This document shows, piece after piece, positions 1-15,640 of a stretch of 64,000 nt of DNA. How positions within the stretch are numbered: position 1 is the stretch's first letter; each line of letters opens with the position of its first letter. The translations under genes and the position numbers were made by a program. Under the pieces are notes generated by a model, which searched no databases, was not told the DNA's origin, and saw nothing but the letters and a program-made list of their open reading frames with translations. The DNA is taken from NCBI RefSeq assembly GCF_009914755.1, contig NC_060947.1; one strand, written 5' to 3'. The stretch is from the human T2T-CHM13v2.0 reference genome, Homo sapiens.

Positions 1-59
1 GAAAAAGATATGAATGCATAAATTTGAATTTTTTTCCTCTTCTAAAGATATGGTTTCTC

Positions 60-700
60 CTCCAACTTGGAACTTATCCAATGTTCCCTGTCTCAACGTC
101 CATTCAGTTTTAGAAGACTAAAGCTTAAGGGCTGTGCTTGATCTTTGCTTCTCCCTCAGTTCTACTGTCAATCCATTGTTAAGGCTTACTGATATTACCT
201 ACTCTTTCATTATTTCTTAAATGTGTTCACTTCTTTCCATCTTGACATCCATCCCTCAAGTTCAGAGTTCCATCATATCTGCCCTGCACTGCTGCAATAA
301 CAGCCTCTTAACTGGTTTCTGTACATCCACTCTTGACCCCTCTCATACATTCTCTAGAGTGATATTTCTAAAACAAAAATCTAATATTATCCCCCTGCTT
401 GAAAGTCTTCAATAGCCTCCCATTGTTTTTAAGATAATGAACATAATCCTTAACATGTCTTCCAACACTTGTATGATTCTGTTCCAGCCACTCACCTTGC
501 TGTCTGCAGTTCAGCCATGGTGCCTTCTTTCCATTGGGAAACTATGATAAGAGCCTTTTTACTACCAGGTTTACACATGTGCTATTTGGTTTGCTGAATA
601 GTATTCCCCTGCTTCCCCTCACTCCCCTTGCTCTGTTCAGTTAACATCAAGGAGCCTTTCCTTGATCTTCTCAGTCTACGAGAATTCTATGAGAATGGAG
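60..700 (-). mobile_element. L2 fragment
   Basis: ctgcaataacagcctcttaactggtttct ... ccccctgcttgaaa; further L2 pieces at about 4950-5230, 5570-6020 and 61490-62490. Confidence 0.55.
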
Positions 701-1232
701 GCAAGGTTCAGCATCAATTCTCTTCCAGCTCTACTCCCAAGCACTGAGTAAATTGATTCATATTAAGTAGGTAGCTGGGAGTGGAAGAAATTTATTTCAG
801 CAGTGTTACTCAATTCTTTGAATGCCCCCTGAATTAATCTTCCTCTAATTTTGTTGAAGGCAAAAGATCTGAAAACTATAAGATTTATAAAAGGATGATT
901 TTTACAATGTTACTAGACATTCACTTTCTCAATACCAATACCAATATTTCAAATTGTCCCTTTCTTTGCTGCCCCAGAGGTTTTTACACCCTGGAGGAAT
1001 GTTACAGTATGTTCCCCTTTTTTTGGTTGAAGGGCAATTGTGAAAGGAGAGGTGAGAAAGAGAACCGGAATGCCTAAGACAGTTTCAGGCAGAACAATTC
1101 TAGAAAAGAAGGGCAGGGGGGAACTGAAGATCTGGAAACTGATTTCTTTAAAACTATCCATGTCTTCCTTCCCTCCCCAACTCCTAGTAGCATAGGTTGA
1201 AGTTAGTTGATATAACTCATGCTGGGATCTTA

Positions 1233-1454
<222 letters not shown>

Positions 1455-1458
1455 CTAG

Positions 1459-1728
<270 letters not shown>

Positions 1729-3176
1729 TAAACATATCTCATTCTTTTCCTCTCAAAGGTATCATTCATCTAAAGAGAACATAAAGTGTGTAATATCGAC
1801 ATCCAACTATCTCAATTTTTTTGTGACAATCATGATAAATAGATTTTTTAAAACGTAAGTGAATAAATGAGTGAATCAATGAAGAGATGTGTTTGATGAT
1901 TATCTGGGTCAGAGGTGTTATCAACTAACTTGTTCAAATGAAGGTAGACGGTACAATTTCAAGTAATTTAGCTAAAAGAATCATCTATAAATAGAGTTGG
2001 CAAATTTGTGCTGGGGCTTAGAATTGAAACAAATTTAAAAAGAAATAGTGCAATAATTGGAGTATTGAGCAAGTATCTTTCATCAATGGCATTTACAATG
2101 ACGCTTTTATATAACCCAAAGGATGAAAATAATTTATAGCATATGATTTAGAAAAAGAAAAAAATACACACAGATGTACCTTAAAAACGTAATCTTCCAA
2201 AATATCACGTATGATATGGAACTCAAACTCTAAATATGTTAAATTTTTTTGTTCATTATATTTTTTGGAGCACTTGTTTAAATAAAAAATAAGTTGAGAA
2301 TTATTATTATGACTTCTTTTTGCAAAGCCTATTAACAAAGAGAAAGTGATTTCTTTGAACTGACATCTCTATTTGTCAGCTTGGTGAACTTCAACAATAA
2401 AATGTCCCTTGTTTCCCTAAAAAAGAATGTCCTTCTACTCACCACACTTTTTGTGCCATCATAATAAACCCTTTCTATTAAGCATAAATATTTGAACATT
2501 TCTATTTCAAAGAGAATCTACAGCTATCAAAATGTCTGGAGCTTTATACAAAGATTATATTTTCTTATGTGCTAACTATAAATTTGGTTCTATTTTAATT
2601 TGGGATCTGTGCGGTAATATCTGCAGATAATGAAATGCAGTTAAAATTGCTTTAAAAATAATAACTCATAGCATCTGAAATTAAGTTATTTTATTAAAAG
2701 GCTTAAAAAAGTCATGACTTGGCTATTTAATTTTAAAGGCATGCATACGAGGCAAAAAAAAAAGGTAACAATCTGGTAAAATCATAAAGAAGATAATGCT
2801 GATTTGTTACCAGTAAAGAATATGCTTTGAGCATTATACACAGTTGAGTTTCTAATGGAAATGGCAGATATTTTCACAATCTCAGAAGGCTGGTCTAAAC
2901 TGGGATTTGGGTGAGGAGCACCAAGGGGCACTAAGCAATATATAGCTTGAAAGTAGTGCTCCATGATGGCCCTGGGGACCTTGGCTTCCTCACCAGTGCC
3001 CTAACTGCACCTTGTACTGGTACTCCTGAGCCCAAGTATAGAGGCTGTCCTATGTGGGCAAATCCCTCTTTTTCTGATTTAATTGTGGTCACATAAGAAA
3101 CCAAGATTTAGGGCAAAAAGCAAAAATCAGTAACATAAAAACTGGAACATTTCATTTGCTAAAATTATGTTCGTCA

Positions 3177-3387
3177 TATCACTGCAGCCTTGACCTCTTG
3201 GGCTCAAGTGAACCTTCTACCTCAGCCTCCCAAGTAGCTGGGACCACAGGCATGTGCCACCACACCCAGATCATTCTTGTATTTTTTGTAGACACGGGGT
3301 TTCATCATGTTGCCCAGGCTGATCTTGAACTCCTGAGCTCATGCAATTCACTCACCCCGGCCTCCCAAAGTGCTGGGATTACAGGCC
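3177..3387 (-). mobile_element. Alu (J-like, partial)
   Basis: Alu consensus motifs. Confidence 0.8.
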
Positions 3388-3976
3388 TCTACTCATTCTT
3401 TTAAATTATATAAGCAAACATTTGTATTTAATGCATTATTTACAAGGAAGGATTAAGCCCACAATCATAAAATAATACTCAAACTGGACTCTAAAAGAAA
3501 AATGCTTAAATGATGTCACCAAATAAGGTCATACTCGATATTAACCACAATTTGGCACTGTAAATGATTGCTACCACAAAACGAAACTTAACCTAAAGCT
3601 CTAATTCATATCCAAACAGAAAAAGGGGGCCACTTACAGACTATCTTTTTAAAAGCTTAAAAGAGTATATAAAATAAAAAATAGGGAAACCAAAATTTGA
3701 ACATTTTTCTTCAAATATGTTAAGACGTATGAGTGAGCAGTTGTCACTAAGCTGAAATAGCTGTCAGTTTTAACTACGTAACAATCGTGTAATAGGAAAA
3801 AAACACTTTCACTTTTTGTACTATAGTAAGGATATGTATAAGACAACTAACAACATCAGACTAGAGTGGAAAAAATCTGACTATTTAATGTTTCATATTT
3901 TACAGCTGCAATAAGCAAAGGAAATATTCTTTTTAAAAAGTCAGCCTTTCAAATGGAATAACTAAAAAAGTAATCA

Positions 3977-4319
<343 letters not shown>

Positions 4320-5171
4320 CACAGAATTTTAAAGTCGTTTAAATTTACCCTTATTTCCTCTTCCTTTAGTTACTGTAAATATCTACAAGTATCTGGATTT
4401 TCAGTGTTGGGTAATTCAATGTTAAATCCTCATGTTATAATAATCAGAAAGCAAAGAAAAATTCGGATGACTGAGCAAATAAGTGTGAAATTATAAATAT
4501 GCCAAGAATAACTCCCAAACCTTGGCATAATAAAAAAATTGTAAGTATTAACATATTTCCCCTTAGCTATTAATATTTCTTTAAAAATACCAAGATTTTG
4601 AAGCCATGATTTTAAAAACGCTTATAAGATAGAAAGCCCCAGCATTTAAAAGCTTATTTAATATAGTATATATATATATATATATCTCAGAATTATATTT
4701 CCCACATAAGATATTATCTACACAAAAGCTTATTTAGGAATGACCAATGAGCTCAACTTAAATTTATTAGAAATCTGATTAGCATTATAAATCAACTGAC
4801 TTTTAGGAGCATAGGCTTTGGCGCTAGCAGGATCTGGCTTGAACCTCATTGAGGCCACTGATTGGTGAGTGACCTTAAGCAAGTCTCTTTACCTTGTTAG
4901 GGCACAATTTCCTCTCGGAATTGTGAAATGGGTTTAATTACACCAGCTTACATCCCAACCATCAGCAAGTCCTCTTGTATGTAACCATCTCCAACACAGA
5001 AACCCCATCTGCCCATGTTCTACCATCCTCACCTTTCTCCAAGCCTCTACAACCTCTCACAACAGCCTTCCAATTGGTCTCCCTAAACTCTTATCCCCCC
5101 TACAGTCCGTTCTCTACACATCAGCTCCAGCAAGGCACAGATTAGATATTTTCCTGCGTGCCATCACTTAG

Positions 5172-5719
<548 letters not shown>

Positions 5720-6365
5720 TCAGCCCAAATGTCTACTCCTCAGAGGGGCTTTCCCCTATCTAAAGCAGCTCCCACTTTACTATAATCTCTGCACCATTAT
5801 CCTTTCATTTCTTCATAGTTATTATTGCCATATGAAATTATCTTGTTAGCTTACTTGCTCATTGTCTACCTCTACCTCTCCTACCTGTCCTCCCACCCCA
5901 CCTCCACTAGAGTGGAAGTTCCATGAGGGCAGGGATCTTGTTTGTCTTATTCATTACTAGGTCCTTAGTGCCTGGCATAGTGTGCCTGGCATACAGTAGG
6001 CATTTACTTATTTGATAAATGAATGAAAATGTCTTTTAAGCACCTAGCTAGGTATTCAATAAATTATAAAAATTACTTATTATTTCTGAAAATGTTTACT
6101 AATAGCAATGCACATATTAACTTCTCTCTGACTTCAGAAAAGCAAAACATATCGAGACTTAGAAGACAGATAAGCTGTCATACAATGGGCTATATGAGCC
6201 GTAATGATTTTGATGAAAAAAAAGGCTCCTATTTGGGTATATGTTAATTTATTTAGCTTACTTCAAATCTGAAAGATCTATTGGTCTCATACGGCCCTAT
6301 ATCATTCTCTGAATTGAGCTGAGTTTACTTAGCAATTTATAGAAAGACATGTCTGTCCAAATTCA

Positions 6366-6965
6366 TTTTTTATTTTTTTTTTGAGACAGAGTCTCACTCT
6401 CACCCAGGCTGGAGTGCAGAGGCGTGATCTCGCCTCACTGAAACCTCTGTCTCCTGGGTTCAGGTGATTCTTGTGCCTCAGCCTCTCAAGTAGCTGGGAC
6501 TACAGGTGTGTGCTACCACGCCAGGCTATTTTTTTTTTTTTTTTGTATTTTTAGTAGAGATGGGGTTTCACCATGTTGGCCAGGCTGGTCTTGAACTCCT
6601 GACCTCAAATGACTCTCATTCCTCAGCCTCCCAAAGTGCTGGGATTATAAGCGTGAGCCACAGTTCCTGGCATTTTTTACTTTTTGAGACAGGGTCTCGC
6701 TCTGTTGCCCAGGCTGAAGTGCAGTGGTGCCATCATGGCTCACTTCAGCCTTGACCTCCCAGGCTCATGTGATCCTCCCACCTCAGCCTCCTAAGTAGCT
6801 GGGACTACAGGCATGTGCCACCATGTCTGGCTAGTTTATTTTTAATTTTTTGTAGAGATGGGGTCTCCCAATGTTGCTGGTCTTTGACTCCTGGGTTCAA
6901 GCAATCCTCCTGCCTTGGCCTTCCAAAATGCTGGGATTACAGGCGTGAGCCACTGTGCCTGGTCC
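6366..6965 (-). mobile_element. Two tandem Alus
   Basis: Copies at about 6366-6671 and 6674-6965. Confidence 0.9.
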
Positions 6966-7331
6966 AAAATTTATTATATATCTGTTTCTAGCTATGGAAC
7001 ACTGCACAGAGCAGTCAGCCAAGGAGAGGCTAACCTATCTGCAAACGGGCAGGTTCCTAATCTATTCAATGTTTTACTGATAACTTACTATGTGCCCTAT
7101 ACATGATAGATACTATGGAGCAACTAATAATAGGTATCAGATAACATCTATTAGGCACTAAGCATATGTCAAGCATTGTGCTACGCACAGTAGATATATC
7201 AGCTACTTAATTCTTATTCTGACTCCACGAGGTTGACTCAGAGTCAGAGTTCATAAAGTTACGGTGGCAAGGATGGAGTTCAACCCCAGGTCATCTGAAT
7301 TCACATCTTTAACCACTTTTATAATATAGAA

Positions 7332-7692
7332 CAGTGGTCCCCAACCTTTTTGGCACCAGGGACCCATTTTGTGGAAGACAATTTTTCCACGGATGGCAGG
7401 GTGGGTGGGGGTGGGGGATAGAGGTCGGGGAATAGTTTTGGGATGAAACCGTTCCACCTCAGATTATCAGGCATTAGATTCTCATAAGGAGTATGCAACC
7501 TAGATCCCTCGCATGCGCAGTTCACAATAGGGTTCCCACTCCTATGAGGACCTAATGCCTAGGCTGATCTGACAGGAGGGGGACACAGGTGGTAATGCTG
7601 GCTGGCCTGCTGCTCACCTCCTGTTGTGTGGCCTGGTTCCTAACAGGCCACGGATGGGTACTGGTCAGTGGCCCAGGGGTTGGAGACCCCTG
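7332..7692. mobile_element. MER1B-like hAT-Charlie DNA transposon
   Basis: Termini CAGTGGTCCCCAACC and GGTTGGAGACCCCTG; 8-bp TSD ATATAGAA / CTATAGAA. Confidence 0.85.
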
Positions 7693-8389
7693 CTATAGAA
7701 GACATGCTGTCTAAAAGGGAATGAATTATAATCTGGGGAAACACAGCACATATGCATGAAACAGTGAACAAGGTAATATTAACGGTAATTTAACTGCAGA
7801 TATTTGTGATTCATCACATTTGAGGATTATTAATAAAGCATATAGTTTCTTTATTCTCCTGCTCTGTGAAATAGAGATAATCACAATGACTAAATGAGAT
7901 AAGCTCAATGAGAACAACAAAACTGGGCTGGGATATGGAAGGACAAAGAAAAATTGCCCTGGCTCATTCACTGGGAAGAGACCTGCTCTGGCAGGCCAGC
8001 AAGCATTAGAATGTTATGCAGGTGAATACAAACAAGTGGAAAAGAGTTAGAGAAGAGAAAGTTCAAGAGAAGGGTAGAGAGGTTACAAGATACCTTGATA
8101 AAAGAGGTGAGATTTGAACGAAGTTCTGTGTTTATACACCTAGGTTGTAAAAATGCACTCATCTACAGGCATTAGAACCTGTATCCTAATTGTATTTCAC
8201 TGGACAGTGCTGTTACCATAGAATAAAGTCAAATACTCTCAAGGATTATACTTGAATTCAGCCTTTAATGCTTGGGTGGGAGAGTTAGGAAGGATGAATA
8301 TGGTAATTGCTTCTTTCCAGGTAGTTACTTTTAGGAAAAAAACTTTATTTCAATAACTTGGTTAAAAGTTTAGAAACACTATCATAAAG

Positions 8390-8736
<347 letters not shown>

Positions 8737-8766
8737 TCACAGGTAATTGCTTTGATACACATATTA

Positions 8767-9107
<341 letters not shown>

Positions 9108-9820
9108 TCATCTGTAATAGTAGTTATAAGAACAAGGCTTTTAAGTCAGATTTTCTCCCAAAGGGCAGTGAGGTAAATTTTCCACTTTTCACATATTTTT
9201 CACATAAACTGATGTGGCTAATGCTTTTAAAATGGTATATTCAACATGAATTTCCATCTGTAATTGTGTTTTTGTATTGCAGTTAGGTAGATAAGCATGG
9301 ACCTTTTTCCACAGCAAAGTATCTTATCTATTTTGAGCTTTGAGCTTTGTTTAGCTATTTAGCTTTATATTTGGCTAAATACAGGTGTTATCCCCATTTT
9401 CCATATAGTAGAAATGAACCAAGAAAGTGCAGCAGTTTTGCATTGTCAAAAGAGATGTAATTCTTCCAATATATCACCTAGATTCAGACGATTCCTTATT
9501 ATTGAAAACTGTCTCTAATTTTAGTTCTTTGTGGTTTAAGTAACATAAACAGTTCCAGTGACTAAAGGACTACCCCATAAGAAAGAAAATCCCTTGTCTG
9601 ATGAGTACAGTCCCTGAAAAGCCACTTCACCAAGAGTATCTTTACAGTTGTGACACAAAGTAAACAAAACAGTCTTAAAATATTTGGTATTACCTGGTAT
9701 TGTAATCTTAATAGTCTCATATGATATGGATAAAAATGCATGAGATGAAGCTGGCTACATTTTATGAGGGTAGTTTAAAAACTTCTTTTGAAAGTGAGGT
9801 TTCAGTTCTATGGAAGTTTA

Positions 9821-9913
<93 letters not shown>

Positions 9914-12387
9914 CTAAAAAATAAACAAGATATACAATAATACAAACATGACACAAGATTTACAAAATGTTAAATTCTTTTAAGTTAAAAATTATGAGTG
10001 GATTTTTATGGCAGGCAAAACAATTATTTTGAAAAACTTTTCATTTTATTCAAATGTTATTAATACATAGAAGAACAGTATTGATGGTAATAAAAATGAA
10101 GCAAATTGTTCTAAAAGTCTGTCAACTATAACCTAAAAGGTTATTGAAAAATATAAAGCAAAATGACAAGGCTGCAACATATATTTATTACAGATTTATG
10201 AAACTTAACGGAAGAGTATCTCTGAATATCCTTTTCCAAACTCACCATAAAAATCAATATGGACAAAAAGTTAATAAGAAGTTTTCTTTTATATTAACAG
10301 CACTGCCAATTCCCTTTAGAAATGTCAAAATGACACAGGCACAAATAGAAACGATTTCAAGAACAGAACTAATTAATTAGACTACTTAATTAAGAATACA
10401 CAAGTAATTTTTCTTTAAGTAATGTAGAAAATGCAAAAATGCCTGCCGGATCAATGTTTTTCCCCATAGTCATCTGCCCACACAGAGAAAGTCATGCCTC
10501 TGCTAATGGCTCTTAGGGTTAAATGCCAGGGAGCCTAAGAGAACAATTTTTTAAAGCCTTATTTTCTCTTTCCACTCAAATTTTCTTCACTAATTAGTCA
10601 TTAACATTTTTCTGCACAGGTAAAATTGATTGTTTTCAAATAAAATTGTTTTAAAAAGTTCTCCTTTACCACCAGGATGGAGTTTACCTGTGTAAGTTAT
10701 TTATGGGACATGAACCCATGAAAAAGCCTCTGTTCTTTTTCTGAGTAAACACCTGCTGCTATTCTAACTGCATATGGCTGGATTCAGAGGTTTGCATTAC
10801 ACTCAACTGAATTCCAACCATTAAGCCAATAAAGGATTGCTTTGGCACAACTGGATGGCAGGATCATACCACCATCCATCCAGGAGGACTCTCACCTCAA
10901 CCTGTGAAAACCATACAAAAGCTTCCTACTGGGGCAGGAGGGGGATGTTGTGAGGTCACATGGCCCGAGCCTTAGATTTTAGCATCATAACTAGAATGTT
11001 CTGTGCTACTCAACTACTGCCTCAGGGAAGAACAAACAAACAAGCAAAAATGACAGAGCTTTCTTATCCGAATACCCTGTTCATTAGAGTGCTGGTTATG
11101 CTGTTAATTCATATTGTTTCAAGATGATAAACCAATTATCCTTGGTGTATTTTATGCTCCGAGTTTCTCTATTAGTGAAATGAGAGGACAAAACCACATA
11201 CTCTCTCTGGGTCCTTGCTCCTCTCCTAGTTTATTTTTAAATACAGAGGTGTGGTATTTCCACCTAAGCAGGGTTAGGGGGAAACCAGCAGGTTTTCACT
11301 GTCCAGTTGAGCCAAAGAATTGTCCCCAGAGTCTCTCTGCTTCTATCTGCGTATTGTGAAGACAGGGTGGTGATTCATGCCTCTATCAGCGATATCTTAA
11401 TTCCCTTCTATGAGCCCTTGGTGGTGAAGTCAGAGACAACCCCTCCAAGCTAGTCCTGACCAAGTGGGCAGGCCGGGCAGCCTCCACTGCATGGGTCTCA
11501 TTTCTCAGTGAACGTACACCATCTTCCAGTACAGACTTTCTGTCTAAAATCTGGTAGGGAAGGGATTATGTCCTTCATAGTCTTTCACATAGTAATTTCA
11601 CTTTATAAGAAATAATTTTTCTAAAAGAAAAATGTTTATTTGCACAAAGACTGACATGATCAAAAAATGAAAAAAAAAAAAAACCCATGTGTCTAACAAT
11701 GGGAGAATTGCTAATATGTTATACTTTAATAACAGCAAAGAAAAATATTGCAGTCATTAGAAGTTATATTTGTAAAGATCAAGTAGAAACATGGAAATAT
11801 GCTTATTATATAACGGTAGGTTAAAAAAGACACATTTTGATTACAACTATAAAAAAATTTATATGCAAATGGAGAGTGACTAGAAAACGATATATAAAAA
11901 TGGAAACTACTGTGTTAGGGTGATGAGATTATGGATCTATTTTTATTTTCCAAACTTTCTGCAATGTTGTATTTCTATCATAAATAGGTTTTTAAAAGTT
12001 TGTGACAGATATAGCCACATACCTTGACAATTTACAAAAATGACTTCTTTGAACTCAGTATATTTAATTGCTACAGAAATTTAATTAACTTTCAAACATT
12101 ACCACCTTCAAAAAGCAACTCAAATTTTTATAGCATGTCTATTTCCACCAAGTGTTGTAAAATAACTTGCTTTTTTAAAAAACAGAAAAAGAGAAGTAAA
12201 ATTGATGGTAATGTATTCAAGTTTACATCGCAGAACCAGAACTAGAAATCTAGGCAATATTGCTGCAGAGATCTTTTTTCTTTTCTGTATGTTCAGTAAT
12301 AAACTTAGAAATACTAAATCTGAATATAATGAGTCAAATTGTGACTCCAGGGAAACTGCCTCTTAATGTGCAACAGAAATGTCTTCA

Positions 12388-12519
<132 letters not shown>

Positions 12520-12851
12520 CTAAAAAGCAAAGAAGAAAATCCAGTAAACACTCACAATTCTTTGCTAAAAATCAGAGCTTCATATTTATTATTTCACTAA
12601 ACAATATTTTTCTTTTAAAAAGGCAGGCTGATGATTTCAGTGGGATCCTCTTGGTAATAACCTCTGAATTGTTCTGTGAAACTTGTCAGAATATGAGTCT
12701 TATGCATATCTTTTCAAAAAATCATCTTTAAATAGATGGACCAAAATTCTGTCAATGTGGCAATTTCCTTGTCATTTAAAATTCATCAATATTTCCTCAA
12801 TCACAGTGTTTGTTTCCTCTGACAGAAGCAACTTTCAATAGCATGAATACA

Positions 12852-12934
12852 GAGTAAAATGAAAGAATGCTTTCTGGCCAAGGCACGTCTACACGGAGTA
12901 AAATGAAAGAATGCTTTCTGGCCAAGGCACGTCT
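12852..12934. repeat. Perfect 39-bp direct repeat with 5-bp spacer
   Basis: GAGTAAAATGAAAGAATGCTTTCTGGCCAAGGCACGTCT at 12852-12890 and 12896-12934. Confidence 0.97.
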
Positions 12935-13117
12935 GGAAGAATTTTCACAGAAACCTAAATCTTGGGAAAGGGCAAACCCAACTCCTTCTAGGAAGGAATG
13001 TTCTCACAAAGGCTTATGGTTGTTTTACTAGGGCTGTTCATTAACAGAATCAGTGCTGGTATCCTTCAGCAGGAAGTCAAGGACATAAACTTTTTTTCTT
13101 TTGACTCTGCCAATTCA

Positions 13118-13513
<396 letters not shown>

Positions 13514-14408
13514 TCAGCTTTCTGAAGAACATACATTTAATTATTTTAGAAATACAATTAAAATATTAATTTCTACCTCAAATAAAGTGTTTCATAGTCA
13601 ACAGTCTGCTTTGAAAAGTGAAAAGTTAAAGATGACCTCGGCTGTTGTGAACACTTTTATTTCCTAACTTCTCTAAAACAGGTGGGGATTTTCGTGGTCG
13701 GTTTTATTCTTTTTTTTTTCTTCACCTACTCTGTACACCAATGCTAGTTGAGAAGTCAAATACTGACTATAAACATTCTTCAGATTATAGTCAGATTTGC
13801 TTATACTAATGCAAGATAAATTTTTATGACTTATAAATATTTGGGCCACATCATACATAAAAATGCCTAACAAAAGCAATGTGAAGATAGAGCAGGGACA
13901 ATTTTTTAAATGATGTATTAATTAAGAAAGCACTACTAAATCAGAGATTAAATAAATAGTATAAGTAGACTAGTAAAATGCTGCTCTATTTAAAACATTA
14001 TATTAACATTTTAGGGAAATGGTGATTTGTGGCTCGTCCACAAAAGTTTGCCCAAATCCCTGTAAAATATATGTGGGCAGTCTCCATCTTCTGAATGCTT
14101 TCTATCTCTAAAGAAATGTCAATGTTGTAACTGGGATCATATTTTCCCAGAAAAATAATGTTATAAATAGTGATTAGGTTTCCAGACTAGCCTATAGAAA
14201 TGAATTGCACTGCATGCATGCAATAAAAAATAGTAAAACAACAAAAAACCACCACCCAAACCCAAACAAAATGCAAAACCAAAAAAACTAAGAAACCATA
14301 AAACACACATATACACACACACTACATTACATTTGCAAGATGAATAAGTTCTAGTGATCTGCTGTACAACATTGTGTCTATCATTAACAATACTGTATTG
14401 TGCACTTT

Positions 14409-14701
14409 GTTTTTTTTTTGAGGCGGAGTCTCGCTTTGTCTCCCAGGCTGGAGTCCAGTGGCTCAATCTCGGCTCACTGCAGCCTCTGCCTCCTCGGTTC
14501 GAGCGATTCTCCTGCCTCAGCCTCCTGAGTAGCTGGGATCACAGGCGCGTGCCACCACGCCCAGCTAATTTTTTTGTATTTTAAGTAGAGACGGGGTTTC
14601 ACCATGTTGGCCAGGCTGGTCTCTAATTCCTAACCTTGTGATCCGCCCGCCTCGGCCTCCCAAAGCGCTGGAATTACAGGCGTGAGCCACCGTGCCCAGC
14701 C
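14409..14701 (-). mobile_element. Alu (Sc/Sg-like) inserted into an L1M 3' end
   Basis: 23-bp TSD at 14386-14408 and 14702-14724. Confidence 0.92.
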
Positions 14702-14895
14702 AACAATACTGTATTGTGCACTTTAAGATTTGTTGAGAGGGTAGAGCTCATGTTAAGTGTTCCTATCACAATTAAAAAAATACATAACACTTTAAAAACA
14801 CATTTAGTCACCCCCTGACGTGTCATAATATTATCAAGCAAAGTTTAAATAATCTAAGTGAATACATAAAAATATTTTTATAAAATCTCAAACCC

Positions 14896-15166
14896 GGCTG
14901 GGTGCAGTGGCTCACACCTGTAATTCCAGCACTTTGGGACGCTGAGGCAGGCAGATTGCTTGAGCCCAGGAGTTGGAGAACAGCCTGGGCAGCATGGCAA
15001 AACCCTGTCTCTGCAAAAGAAATACAAAAATTAGCCAGGCATGGTGGCATATGCCTGTATTCCCAGCTACTCAGAAGGTCAAGGCTGCAGTGAGCTATGA
15101 TCGCATCACTGCACTCTAGCCTGGGTGACAGAGCAAGACTTTGTCTCGAAAAAAAAAAAAAAAAAA
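14896..15166 (+). mobile_element. Alu (J-like, internal deletion)
   Basis: TSD aaaatctcaaacc on both sides. Confidence 0.88.
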
Positions 15167-15464
15167 TCTCAAACCTGTTTGAGAAAAAAAGCAAATTTAA
15201 TTTGAGGCTTTACAAGTTGATAGCACCATCACTTTATAATGTCTAATTCCATGATAAACTGTAAGTTTTGCCTTTTTCTTGATCAAGGACTATTATTTCC
15301 AACATTTTCAACTATGATTATGGTTCGTTTCTATTTAAACATTTAATAAATGCACATCAATTTTTCTCACAAAGAAAAAATAATCCCACAACTCCCCAAA
15401 TTGGAGATAATTTTTGACCTGGTCTTACTATGTCATATACAGTTCCTTAGGTCTTATATCTGTA

Positions 15465-15640
15465 ATTTCTTAAGAACGTGTGGCCGAATCAGATGTAGTA
15501 CTTATGGAACATAGATTCCTGGACCCCCCTCCAGACCTACAACATCAGAATTTAAGAAGGAGGTCCAGAAATCTGTGCTTTAATAAACTCCTTAGGTATT
15601 TGAAAATCTTATGTCCAGTGCTAACTTTTGAGAGTACTAA
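15465..15640. mobile_element. MER5A-like DNA transposon fragment, followed by a MIR
   Basis: agattcctgga-ccc-ccagacctac-aatc and ccagaaatctg-tttaataaactcc motifs. Confidence 0.55.

Noticed and set aside
10369-10394. Short AT palindromes CTAATTAATTAG and CTTAATTAAG (similar at about 28160 and 53820)
   Set aside because: Expected by chance in AT-rich DNA; a homeodomain role cannot be supported from sequence alone
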